From the human T2T-CHM13v2.0 reference genome, Homo sapiens: a DNA stretch of 64,000 nucleotides. This document shows, piece after piece, positions 16,836 to 27,533 of the stretch. The translations under genes and the position numbers were made by a program. The stretch lies in the NCBI RefSeq assembly GCF_009914755.1, contig NC_060927.1; one strand, 5' to 3'. Position 1 is the stretch's first letter; the number at the start of each line of letters is the position of its first letter. The notes beneath the pieces are model-generated. The model was not told the origin of the DNA and searched no databases. It saw nothing but the letters and a program-made list of their open reading frames with translations.

Positions 16836-18821
16836 CCTGTGTGTCCTTAATATTTAGCACAAGCCATGAGCTCTCAAGGTCAGTCATATTTTCCTTAGGC
16901 AAATAAAATCCATACACAGCTTCACTGATTTTTCAAGTGCAGAATCTCTGCCCATTAATTTTAGTGAGTGTTTGGTAAGGGGAGGGTGTTGCGGGGGCAG
17001 TCTCCACTGAGCATGGGAGTGGTCCATTTTTCCTCTTCCTTCTGGTTTCTGGCCTGAAAATATTTATGAGTCCTGAGTCCAATCAAACACACATGAACAT
17101 GTGCCTGTTCTGTGCAAGGCATCCTGCCCAGGGCTCCCAGCAAGGCCAAGATGAATCCACTGCACAGACACCCCCTGGGTGCCTGTTCTGTGCCCCACAG
17201 GTGCTGGCACCATCGAGCCACAACTCAGGGGCCTCATCCCTGTCCTGGGGGCCTTCCTCTGCCTGAGAGGAAAGACAAATGCTTAAGTCATTTGGACACA
17301 AAGCAGAAGGGACTGGGATATCAAAAGTGAAGCATAAAAGGCCACAGAGACAACCAGGAGGCCACCCTGTCAGCCCCAGCTCCCCTGAAAGCTCCAGAAA
17401 GGCAGCTGCCATGGGGGCTCTGAGAAAGGAAGGGATCTTCGGGGGGTGGAGTGGAGCATTTTCTAAACAGAGGAAACATCCTGAGTCACAGACAGCAGGG
17501 GGCAGGCACGCAGGAATCATGGGCCGCATTTAGAAAGGCGAGTGGCATCATTTGGTGGGAGCTGGAGGTGCGCATGGGAAGGCTGTGGAAGCGCAGCTGC
17601 GCTGGTAGGGGTGTGGCGTCCAGGGACCACCAGGGCCACTGCCACAGTGTGTCAGCCCAGGGGGAGTGCGGGAGGAGAAGCGGGGGAGGGCCGTGGTCAC
17701 ACTTTAGTTTTCCAACCTCCCCTCTAGCGGGTCTGGAGAGGGTAGAAGCGCTCAGAGAGAACTGCAGTCAGGATCCCAGGTTTGGGGACGCAGACCCCGC
17801 ACGGACACTGCTCTGGAAGCCCAGATCTGGTGACTCTCTGTCCAGAGGGTGGGGGCAGGGTAGATCTGAATGATCTGGGACCTCTGGTCCTGAGAAAAGG
17901 GAGGCCCAGCTCCTGGGGGAAGGGTGTGACCCATGACATAGGCCTGGCAGCCAAGTCGTCAGCTGCATGGGAAGAAACACAATGCCTGTGCATGATGGGG
18001 ACAACGGGCCAGGGCAGGTAAAGCCATGATGAGTCACATCTGACCCCAGCATCTTAGCCTCAGCAACACTGTCTACTGCGATGTCCACACGGCAGGGCAT
18101 TTTGGGGCTGGATTCTTCAGCCCTGGAAGAACTAAACACAGCCTTCCCTGCTGGAACTTCCATCCGCGATCTCCCTTGCCCGGCTTCTCCTGTCTGTGCA
18201 CCCTGCTGGGAGCTGTGTGGCTCGGAGCTGGGACATATGCTCGGCTCTGTGTGCCAGTCCCCCTGCAACGCAGAGGCCATTCCTCATTCTCCCCAGGCAG
18301 CCAGTCATGCTCACTCCTGGGGTCCCTGCACATGCTGTTCCCCCACCGAAATGTCGTTCCCATCCTCCTCCCCCAGGGCTGGGTTCCACAGCGCCTGCCT
18401 GGCAAATGCTTTCCTGACGATCCGCTGGAGTGAACACCAGGCCGGGTGGGGCTGGGGCAGACCAGATCCCCACCACGAGGGTGTATTCACTCTACATGTT
18501 CACTAGCCCCCGCTCAGGTCACCAGTGAGAGCAGGCTGTTCTCAGGGCGACCCCGTAAGGGACCCGCTGCCCACCATGAACTTTCACAGAATGAGGGTTT
18601 CAGGTAAGCAGCTGCCTTCTTGGAAGACAGAGGGAGAAGGGCACCTTGGGGGGATTGGGGGAAGCTTAGATCCCAAAGGAGCCCAGAGAGGCAGGCCGGG
18701 GAGGGCCTGAGAGGCTGCGAGGCCATCTCCTTCCTGAGCCTGCAGCCCCTCCGAGTCCATGTGGGAATCCCCTTCCACCTCAGAGCCAGCCCCAGGGATT
18801 GGCAACCCACCCTCTCCCTAA

Positions 18822-19120
18822 CCTGTTGTTTTGAATTAATTGTTTGAACAAGTATTACATTGACAGGGTTCAGAACCCTCAGGAATATTCCTAGGTCTGC
18901 CCTGAGGAAGCATACAGGCACTGGAGGCCCTGCCCCTTGCCCTCCCTCTGAAGGGACCATTTTAAGAGACAACTGTTTCCTTCCTGCTTCTTTTTGCTGA
19001 CAAATTAAATAAGAATATACGTACTTACACCTGCCCTTTCTTACCCAAAGTAGTGTGAGATGTGTACTCTCGCACCCTGCTTTGCTCACTTAATGGTACA
19101 TTCCAGAGCTTTCTCCATCG
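18822..19120 (-). mobile_element. Old L1ME 3' UTR fragment
   Basis: CACCCTGCTTTGCTCACTTAAT..CCAGAGCTTTCTCCAT pattern; AT-richer than the flanks. Confidence 0.5.
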
Positions 19121-20863
19121 TGCACCAGGGCAGTCTCCCCTCCTCCTCCTCAGGGCCACGCTGTGTTCCAGGGTGGGGCCATGTGGCGGTGCACACCTCA
19201 GGCTGCAAGGGGCCTGCTGCCCCCTCCCTCGGATCCCCAGACCCTAGCCTTTGTCCATCCATCCCCCCGGGCATCCCCCCCTTATCCCTTTAGCTCCCAC
19301 TCTTGCCAGCCCAAGTGCACCATCCCCAGCTAGTCCCCTCACCTGGGCTTCACCCCTGCACACAGTCCTTCTGGGACCCTCTCTCTCTCCAGTTCCCCTT
19401 CTGAGCATGCCTCTGCTTCCTGCGAGACCCTGCCTCTCACTCCCTGGACTCTGGTTCCCTGGAGCCCAACTCCCTGCCAGTGTCCCCTGCTCCAAGCACA
19501 TAGCCGACTGCCCCAAGTATAAGATTCAGCACCCCCTGTGCTGCCACCCAAGAGGCTCCCTGGGATGCAGCCTCCCCCAGATCTGTCTCTTGTTCTGCAG
19601 GCACCTGGAGGACCCCACTCCAGCTGGCATCCTCACGGCCAAGCTCAGGACATCTCATCTCCCCAGCCTGTAACATCACAATACAAACCAGCCACCTCAG
19701 GCCACCACCCTAAGACCTGGAAGTCCATCTGCTGCCAGAGGGGACTGGGGGTCCGTGGGCTCTTAACTGCCTCCTGGCCTCTCCTTCGCATCCCCAGCCT
19801 CACCATGCTGACCCCCATCTCCCATGACCATGGCCTTCTTGGTCCCCCAGCTCATGCCTTGAGAACTGCTGGGCCCCAGGCCCCGTGGCTGGGGCACTGA
19901 CACCCCAGGGTACTGTCTCAGACCAGACCCTCTTCTAGGTTCAGTCAGAGCCTCTGGCAGAAAGCCCACTCCATGTCCACCCCCACCTACCCTCGGTTGG
20001 TGGGGCGAGGATGGGCAGGGGCATTACGCCTGCCGTGGAGACACCCCTGCATTGTTAGAGGCTGGTTAGAGCCGGGCCCACCACCAAGCATCTTAGACTT
20101 GCCCTGACCCCGCCCAGCCCAGCCCCAGGGGTGTCAGGTATAGAAGTTTCTGGTCCTAGACGGGTCACAGCCTTGGCACACTGGGCCATCACCAGCCCCA
20201 GAAAGGAAGGGACAACCACCAACCTAGGTGATCTCTGCAGAGGTCACTCTAAACACAGGGAAGCTGGGAAGGGCTTTTGCTCCAGGATGCAGAGCCAACA
20301 GACGTGCTCTGCAGATCATGCCCAGGCCCTTGGGGCACACGCCAGGGCTGAAGGGGGCAGCCAGGGGAGGAGAGGTCTGACCTGGGAGACCCGCAGGGAG
20401 AAATCAAAGCACATGGTTTCATCAACGCCGCTCACCGCCAGGATTCAGACACACGGACAGAGGTGGATGAAGCACATACCTGACGCTCCGCGAGCTTTCT
20501 CCTTCAGACCTGCAACGAGAAGAGCACACGCTTAGAGCCCAGAACCCTCTGCTCCGGGAGACCTGCACAACGACACTAGATGTGGGGACCCTGAGGCCCC
20601 AGCTGCTCCCAGCATCCCCTCCCCAGCCTCAGCAGACATCCGCAGGCCCAATCCTCCGGGGTCTCTTGCTGCTGTTCCTTTGACCTGGAACTGTATTCAG
20701 AAAGTCCACTCTTCTTAGAAGTCTTAGGGTTCCTTTCCCACCCTCTTCCTGTTTCCATCACCTTGACTGCAATTGTTTTCCCAGGATTTGAATACACCCC
20801 AGGAGTCGAGAGCAAAGCCAGAGGAGGGGTCTATGGTTCCAGAACTCTGACCTGGGCAGCAAC

Positions 20864-20900
20864 TAAATGAATGAATGAGTGAATGAATGAATGAATGAAT
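20864..20900 (+). repeat. (TGAA)n, probable L2 tail
   Basis: TAAATGAATGAATGAGTGAATGAATGAATGAATGAAT. Confidence 0.8.
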
Positions 20901-20939
20901 AAGTGAGAGCGGTGCGACTGGCCTCACTGCATCCCCTAC

Positions 20940-21350
20940 TTGGTATTTCCAGTGTTATTTCCCCAGAACCAGCTCTATTTTCAAGTACTCAGAAATCAAT
21001 TACAACCATATTACAAAGGAGACAACCTTGAATGTCAAGAAATTGGACAATCAGATTGTATTGCGCACTTGAACTTTCACGAAGACTGTGACTACGCGGT
21101 ATTGACAGTGATGCCTTCCTGCTCTGTACACCAAAGGAAAGGGACTTTGGGATTAAACTCCATGCAGCTGATGGCTAAAGCCTCGCTTGGGCTTCCTGGG
21201 TCTGAAGGAGCAAAGGGCTTTGAGCAAACACATTCAGGAATCTAATCCCTGGATGTCCCAAATTGGATTTTATTGCCAGAGAGCTAGAGAAATAAAAACT
21301 TACTTAACCCAGAGTCAGAGATTTGTCTTTTTGTTCATTGCCTTTTCAGT
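20940..21350. promoter_or_regulatory. Candidate enhancer (non-repeat, motif-dense island)
   Basis: AT-richer unique sequence with GGATTA 21150, TAATCC 21243, TGACAG 21103, CAGCTG 21165, GCAAACA 21224; motif evidence only. Confidence 0.3.
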
Positions 21351-21887
21351 AACGTTCCAGAACGGAAGTCAGAGCACATGCTGCACGACCCTTCAGCATA
21401 GAAAGCCCCAGGGGATGCCTTTCCCACTGAACCAAGCTTGCCCACAGATTCAGACCCGGCCTCCCTTGGTGCTGCCCAGCCTGGTCGCGCTCACCAGTAG
21501 CAAATGAGACAGAAGGCAGGTAGTCCCCAGCAATGTGTGCTCCAGGTGCCTGAGTGCACACCCCTTGTTCTAGAAGGACCTTGGTCTCCCTCTCCAGCAA
21601 TTCTAATTCAGCATCAATGCACAGCAACTTGGATCACATGGTCCCCACGGCAGCAGGTGAAGTGGTGATGTGAGATGGGAATGGCGCACAGACACCTGTG
21701 GCATCTCCTTGACCCCGGGGGCCATGGGACAAGGTGCAGACCAGCCCCTGGTGGCTGAAGACCCTCCACAGAATTCCCAGGAAGCCTGATGATGGGGAGA
21801 GGAGATCCCAGGAGCAGCTTTTGAAAGTTCTTATTTTTTGTTTTTGTTTTCCATTTGATCATAGCCAGGACAGAAAAGAAAGCAAGC

Positions 21888-21910
21888 GGGGGGGTGGGGG
21901 GTGGGGGGGT

Positions 21911-21946
<36 letters not shown>
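21888..21946. repeat. G7-T-G6-T-G7-T-GG followed by (TG)17
   Basis: Read directly from the sequence. Confidence 0.95.
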
Positions 21947-21948
<2 letters not shown>

Positions 21949-21959
21949 TGTCTGTCTTC

Positions 21960-22587
21960 ACTTCATCGCCATCTTAGGTTGCTCACCCTGGGGAAGCCGG
22001 CTGCCCTGTTCTGTGAGCAGCCCCTCTGGAAGAGGCCCAGGTGGTGAGGACCTGAGCCCCCTGCCACCAACCATGAGTGTGAGCCCAGAAGCAGATTTTC
22101 CACCCCTCGCTGCTGCAGCCCCAGGCAACATCATGACTGCAATCACATGAGCGGCCCAGAGGCAGAGCCACCAGCCACACTGTTCCTGCATATCTGACCT
22201 CAGAAAGGGAGAGGTAGGGTGCCCTGGTCCACTGTGCGCTGACCAAGAAACACAGGGTGCAACCGGGCCCCGCTTACGGACATGCCTGAGTAGGCAGCTC
22301 CTTTCTCGCTGTCCATGGCAATGACACCACAGGCTTATGTGTGTAAGTTCCCTAATAAATGCTGTGGACTGGTCACCCAGGCGTTCAGGGATCCTTTCTT
22401 CGGAATGACAACTGGCTCCAGCTCAGGAAGGTTTGGGGCACTCCTACAGGAAACTCCCCTGCCTCTGCTCTTAGGGTAACTCCAACTATGGATTCAGCAG
22501 GACAGAACACAAGACCATCAGCATTTGCTGTCTTCAGCTCCTACGTTTTTGGGGTCACTTGTTACATGGTAATTGATAGCTAACACA
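21960..22587 (+). mobile_element. MLT1F/G-like LTR interrupted by another LTR
   Basis: GGGGAAGCCGGCTGCC, AGAAGCAGATTTTCC, TGACCTCAGAAA; resumes after 22510 and ends GGGGTCACTTGTTACATGGTAATTGATAGCTAACACA. Confidence 0.7.
22215..22509 (+). mobile_element. ERVL-class LTR 3' fragment (MER54/MER73-like)
   Basis: GTAAGTTCCCTAATAAATGCTGTGGACTGGTCACCC..GGTTTGGGGCACTCC..GGAAACTCCCCTGCC, ending ..AACA. Confidence 0.55.
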
Positions 22588-22829
22588 CAGTTCCTGCTCT
22601 GCGCCTCTATCCCAGATCTCTGTCTTGTGGCCTTCACTCAGGACCACGTGAAGCTCTCTATTTATGTCTCTTAGGATCTATCTGCCTCAGTAGGACGAAA
22701 ATGCCACAAGGGTAAGGGTTTTGTCACATTCACTGCAGGGTCTCCAGTGCTTGTTATGTGGCTGAGGCATAGCAGTGCAGTCACGCCAGGAGCTCCACAT
22801 TCTGGGACGCCAGGGGACAAGCACTGACC

Positions 22830-23025
22830 CTGAGCCATCAGAGTCTCCTGGGTCCCAGGCCCAGCTTCATCCCTTACTGGCTTCCAGGTGGCCTCAGTAG
22901 TCACTTAATCTCCATGAGCCCCAGTTTCCTCATTTGCGGATTAGGGATGATAGCAACAATTGGCCCCTAAAATGTGGTGAGGAGATAAGTACATTCCCAG
23001 CACAGAGGCTGATGAATAAAGCTGC
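22830..23025 (+). mobile_element. MIR (preceded by an L2 3' fragment at ~22620-22780)
   Basis: GTCACTTAATCTCCATGAGCCCCAGTTTCCTCATTTG. Confidence 0.7.
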
Positions 23026-23372
23026 TTCTCTCACCACCTACCCGAGGTGTGGTTTGAGGATGTGCTGACCTGTGGGGGCCTGCAGGGAAGGAACATCTGG
23101 AGGAGATGGTGCCTCCCACACACTGGAGCCCAGCTTGGGGCCTGGCACTGAGCAGGCTGTAGGAAGTGTCTGCTCTGGGAAGCCAGGACTGCATTGACCC
23201 AGAACCCACACTCCAACAGCAACACACAGTGGAGTCATCTTTTACACCAAGGATGGCACATGCAGAGGATGCCCTGGAGCCCCTGGCATAACATCGCCCG
23301 TCCTATGGCCGAAGGAGCAATAATGTGGGGAGAAAAGCGAGAGGGGCTGGGCAGCCCCGGGGTGGAGGATGC

Positions 23373-23464
23373 CTGTGCGTGTGTGCATGTGCAAACATGT
23401 GTGCATGTGTGTACGTGTGTGGTACACTGTATGTGGGTGTGCCTGTATGTGCGTGTGTGTGTGC
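23373..23464. repeat. Degenerate (TG)n tract
   Basis: About 90 bp of mostly alternating purine-pyrimidine sequence. Confidence 0.85.
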
Positions 23465-23587
23465 CTATGATTATGGCGGCACTCAGCATGGGCAAAGAAG
23501 CAGATGGTCAGGAGCATCCTGGAGCCTTCTCGTTCCTGCAGATGAAGCTGAGATCTAGGAACAGGATGATCCCCGATGCTTTTGCAT

Positions 23588-23990
23588 GGGCTGTCCCTGA
23601 GGCAGACCTGGAGATAAAGATTCAGCTAGGAGTTTATTTGGGAAGTGAGAAGAGAGAAGGGCTAGGGAGGTGAGAAGAGAAAGAGAAGGGGGCTAACAAT
23701 GGCTGTTATCAAGCTGCCCAGCACCTCACTATATCCACCACTGTGGGAAGCTGAGGCTCAGTTTACCTGGGAGCCCTAGAAACCAGTTCAAGCTGCCTCC
23801 AGCAATCTTATACCAGGGCCGAAGCAGCTGGGAGTGGCTGAAGGCTGCTCCTGGGGAGGAGAAGTCTGCACGCATCAGCCTGCCTCACAGGTGGCCGAGG
23901 AGCTCCCCCAGGCAAGGAAGGGGAGGTGCTGACAGGTGGACGTCAGCCTGGTGGCACTTGGGGGGGCAAAAGCAAGAGGCTCAGACAGCC
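23588..23990 (-). mobile_element. Old ERVL LTR (LTR16-like)
   Basis: GCAGACCTGGAGATAAAGATTC..AGTTTATTTGGGAAGTGA..CCACTGTGGG resembles the recalled consensus. Confidence 0.5.
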
Positions 23991-24094
23991 AGTGCTCCCC
24001 GGACAAGGAGAGTCTCTGGCTGTCCTCACAAGAGCATAGAGGATAACCAAGCCTTTCTCCAGGTGGCCTTCAGACGGCCAAGGCTCAAGTGATA

Positions 24095-24586
24095 GTGTTT
24101 GTCGCTCTGGTTCCTCTTCTGCAGTGGAACCTGCAGACTGCCCCCTTCGCCATGTGTGCAGCCCCTCCTTCCATGCTCACTGGACTTGAACCTCTGGAAA
24201 ACTGAAATCTACCTTTCCCAGATGCCCTTGCAGCTCTGGTTCTGCAAATGTTCTCAGCTTCTCTGGGCAGAGGCCTGTCCAGACTGAGAAGGTGGGCATG
24301 AGCAGCAGGGTGGAGAAATGAGCTCCCGGCTGGAAGGGAACACAGGCTTCTGGTTCTCCCAAAGCAATTGGCTCCAGTTTCCAGGTTTAAGCCTCACAGG
24401 CAGTGGGGTTTCCATGGCAACAGTCAGGTGGATTTAGGTGATGGTCCAGGTTGTGTTGTTCCTGGCTATGGGACATCCAAGCTCGGTCCTGGACTCTGAG
24501 TCAAAATACATGGAAATAAATCCCCCTTAGCTCAAACTAGAAAGAGCAGATTCTGTTGTCTGCAACTAAGTGCTGTGACTGATCCA
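24095..24586 (+). mobile_element. Old ERVL LTR (LTR41/LTR33-like)
   Basis: CTACCTTTCCCAGATGCCCTTGCAGCT; 3' end AATAAATCCC..AAACTAG..GATTCTGTTGTCTGCAACTAAG. Confidence 0.6.
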
Positions 24587-24859
24587 AATTCAAGTTCTCA
24601 AATCACCACGATTATTTTTCTTATATGGCGTGATGTAGAAAAGCGTAAGAAAAACAAGTAAAAATCATCTCTAATCCTACCACCTGGAGGTAATCGCTAT
24701 CACATTTTTGCATGTATGCTTATGGGCTTTGTTTCCTGTCCATTTTTTTATACAGTGGAAATGACAGTTTACATCAGTCTATGCCCGTCTTCCTCACTTA
24801 ACACGGATCATAAGCACATCTCAGGGGCCTCATCCATGAGGCCTTCAGCAGCTCCCCAG

Positions 24860-25400
24860 TCCAAATCAGGTTCCTCTACCTTCACTCTGCAGCAGTCTGC
24901 CCTTGGAACAAAATTCAAACTCCACACACAGCCCACAAAGACTGCAAGGTCTGGCCCTGCTCAGTCCTCCACCTTCTTAGGGTTCCAGTTTCCCCTCGGC
25001 TCCCCACTGCAGCCACACCCTTTCATTCTGCCCTCACACAGCCAAGCTCCCCAACACCAGCTCTAGGGCATTGCTGTTCCGTCTTCCTGGAAGATCTGTC
25101 CTGTCCCTGGCTTTTGATTTCAGTGGCTCCATCTTCTAATTCAGATTTTACTTTAAATACCACCTCTTAGGACAGGCCTTCCTGGTATCCCTCCTATCTA
25201 AATAGCCCTCCCCTGGCCCCCCAGATTCTCTGCCATATTACCCCATTCATCCTCCTGTGAACATGTGACAATCTGAAATTGTCTTATTTGTCTACTTGCT
25301 TATTGTCTGTCTTTCCTAATAGAACGTCAGCTCCATGAGAGGAGGTACTGTATCTGTCTTATTTATCACCATATTCCTTATAGAGTTCCTGCAAAATTCT
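24860..25400 (+). mobile_element. L2 3' fragment
   Basis: TTATTGTCTGTCTTTCC..AGAACGTCAGCTCCATGAGAG and related L2 3' motifs. Confidence 0.7.
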
Positions 25401-25451
25401 TTTAAAACAACATGTATCTCTCACCATATACAAAAATTAACTCAGGGTGGG

Positions 25452-25795
25452 TGATATGGTTTGGGTGTGTCCCCACCCAAGTCTCATCTTGAATTCCCAC
25501 GTGTTGTGGGAGGGACCCAGTGGCAGGCAATTAAATCATGGGGGCAGGTCTTTCCCATGCTGTTCTTGTGATAGTGAATAAGTATCATGAGATCTGATGA
25601 TTTTATAAGGGGGAGTTTCCCTGCACAAGCTCTGTCTTTGCCTGACGCCATCCACGTAAGATGTGACTTGCTCCTCCTTGCCTTCTGCTATGATTGTGAG
25701 GCCTCCCTAGCCATGTGGAACTGTAAGTCCATTAAACCTATTTCTTCCCAGTCTCAGATATGTCTTTATCAGCAGTGTGAAAATGGACTAATACA
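25452..25795 (+). mobile_element. THE1A-like MaLR LTR (5' LTR)
   Basis: TGATATGGTTTGG..AATGGACTAATACA, 344 bp; GAATTCCCACGTGTTGTGGGAGGGACC. Confidence 0.93.
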
Positions 25796-26965
25796 GTAAA
25801 TTGGTACCAGTAGAGTGGGGCACTGCTGTAGACACCAAAAATGTGGAAGCGACTTTGGAACCAGGTAACAGACACGGGTTGGAACAGTTTGGAGGGCTCA
25901 GAAGAAGACAGGAAAATGTGGGAAAGTTTGGAACTTCCTAGAGACTTATTGAATGGCTTTGCCCAAAATGCTGATAGCAATATGGACAACAAAGTCCAGG
26001 CTGAGGTGGTCTCAGATGGAGATGAGAAACTTGTTGGGAATTGGAGCAAAGGTGACTCTTGTAATGTTTTAGCAAAGAGACTGGCACCATTTTGCCTCTG
26101 CTCTAGAGATTTGTGGAACTTTGAACTTGAGAGAGATGATTTAGGGTATCTGGTGGAAGAAATTTCTTAGCAGCAAAGCATTCAAGAGGTGACTTGGGTG
26201 CTGTTAAAGGCATTCAGTTTTCTAAGGGAAGCAGAGCATAAAAGTTTGGGAGATTTGCAGCCTGACAATGAGATAGAAAAGAAAAACCCATTTTCTGAGG
26301 AGAAATTCAAGCTGGCTGCAGAAATTTACATAAGTAATGAGAAGCCGAATGTTAATCCCCAAGACAATAGGGAAAATGTCTCCAGGGAATGTCAAGAGGT
26401 CTTCACAGCAGCCCCTCCCATCACAAGCCCAGAGGCCTAGGAGAAACAAATGGTTTTGTGGGCCAGGCCCAGGGTCCCCAAGCTGTGTGCAGCCTAGGGA
26501 CTTGGTGCTCTGCCTCCCAGCCATTCCAGCCATGGCTGAAAGGAGCCAATGTAGAGCTCAGGTTGTGGCTTCAGAGGGTGCAAGCCCCAAGCTGTGGCAG
26601 CTTCCATGTGGCATTGAGCCTGAGGGTACACAGAAGTCAAGAATTAGGGTTTGGGGGCCTCTGCCTAGATTTCAGAGGATGTATGGAAACGCATGGATGC
26701 CCAGGCAGAAGTTTGCTGTAGGGGCAGGGCCCTCATGCAGAACCTCTGCTTAGGCAGTGTGGAAGGGAGTCCCACACAGAGTCCCTACTGGGGCACTGCC
26801 AAGTGGAGCTGTGAGAAGAAGGCCACCGTCCTCCAGACCCCAGAATGGTAGATCCACCAACAGCTTGCACCACGTGTCTGGAAAAGCTGCAGACACTCAA
26901 TGCCAGCCAGTGAAAGCAGCCGGGAGGGAGGCTGTACCCTGCAAAACCACAGGGACGGAGCTTCC
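25796..26965 (+). mobile_element. THE1 internal sequence, 3'-truncated (no 3' LTR)
   Basis: GTAAATTGGTACC immediately after the LTR; ORF 25841..26170 (GWNSLEGSEEDRKMWESLELPRDLLNGF) is the THE1 internal ORF remnant. Confidence 0.92.
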
Positions 26966-27184
26966 AGAGCGCCAGGGTAATGCAGCCAACCAAGAGGGCT
27001 GCTCTAGTCCAGTAGGAGGTTTTCACCACAATATTTGGGTCTTTATATCATAAGCTATTAGCTTTGAAGCAAGAATAAAAATAAGAGACACGGCAGCCAG
27101 CTATTAGGCAATGCAATGGGTGCCAGAGTCAAACAGTATTTAAAGATGGTCCAGCAGCCTTTTGGAGTCTTTAGAAAGCCTTGT

Positions 27185-27533
<349 letters not shown>

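Noticed and set aside
25841-26170. THE1 internal ORF as a domesticated gene
   Set aside because: Fragmented by stops and frameshifts; ordinary MaLR remnant.
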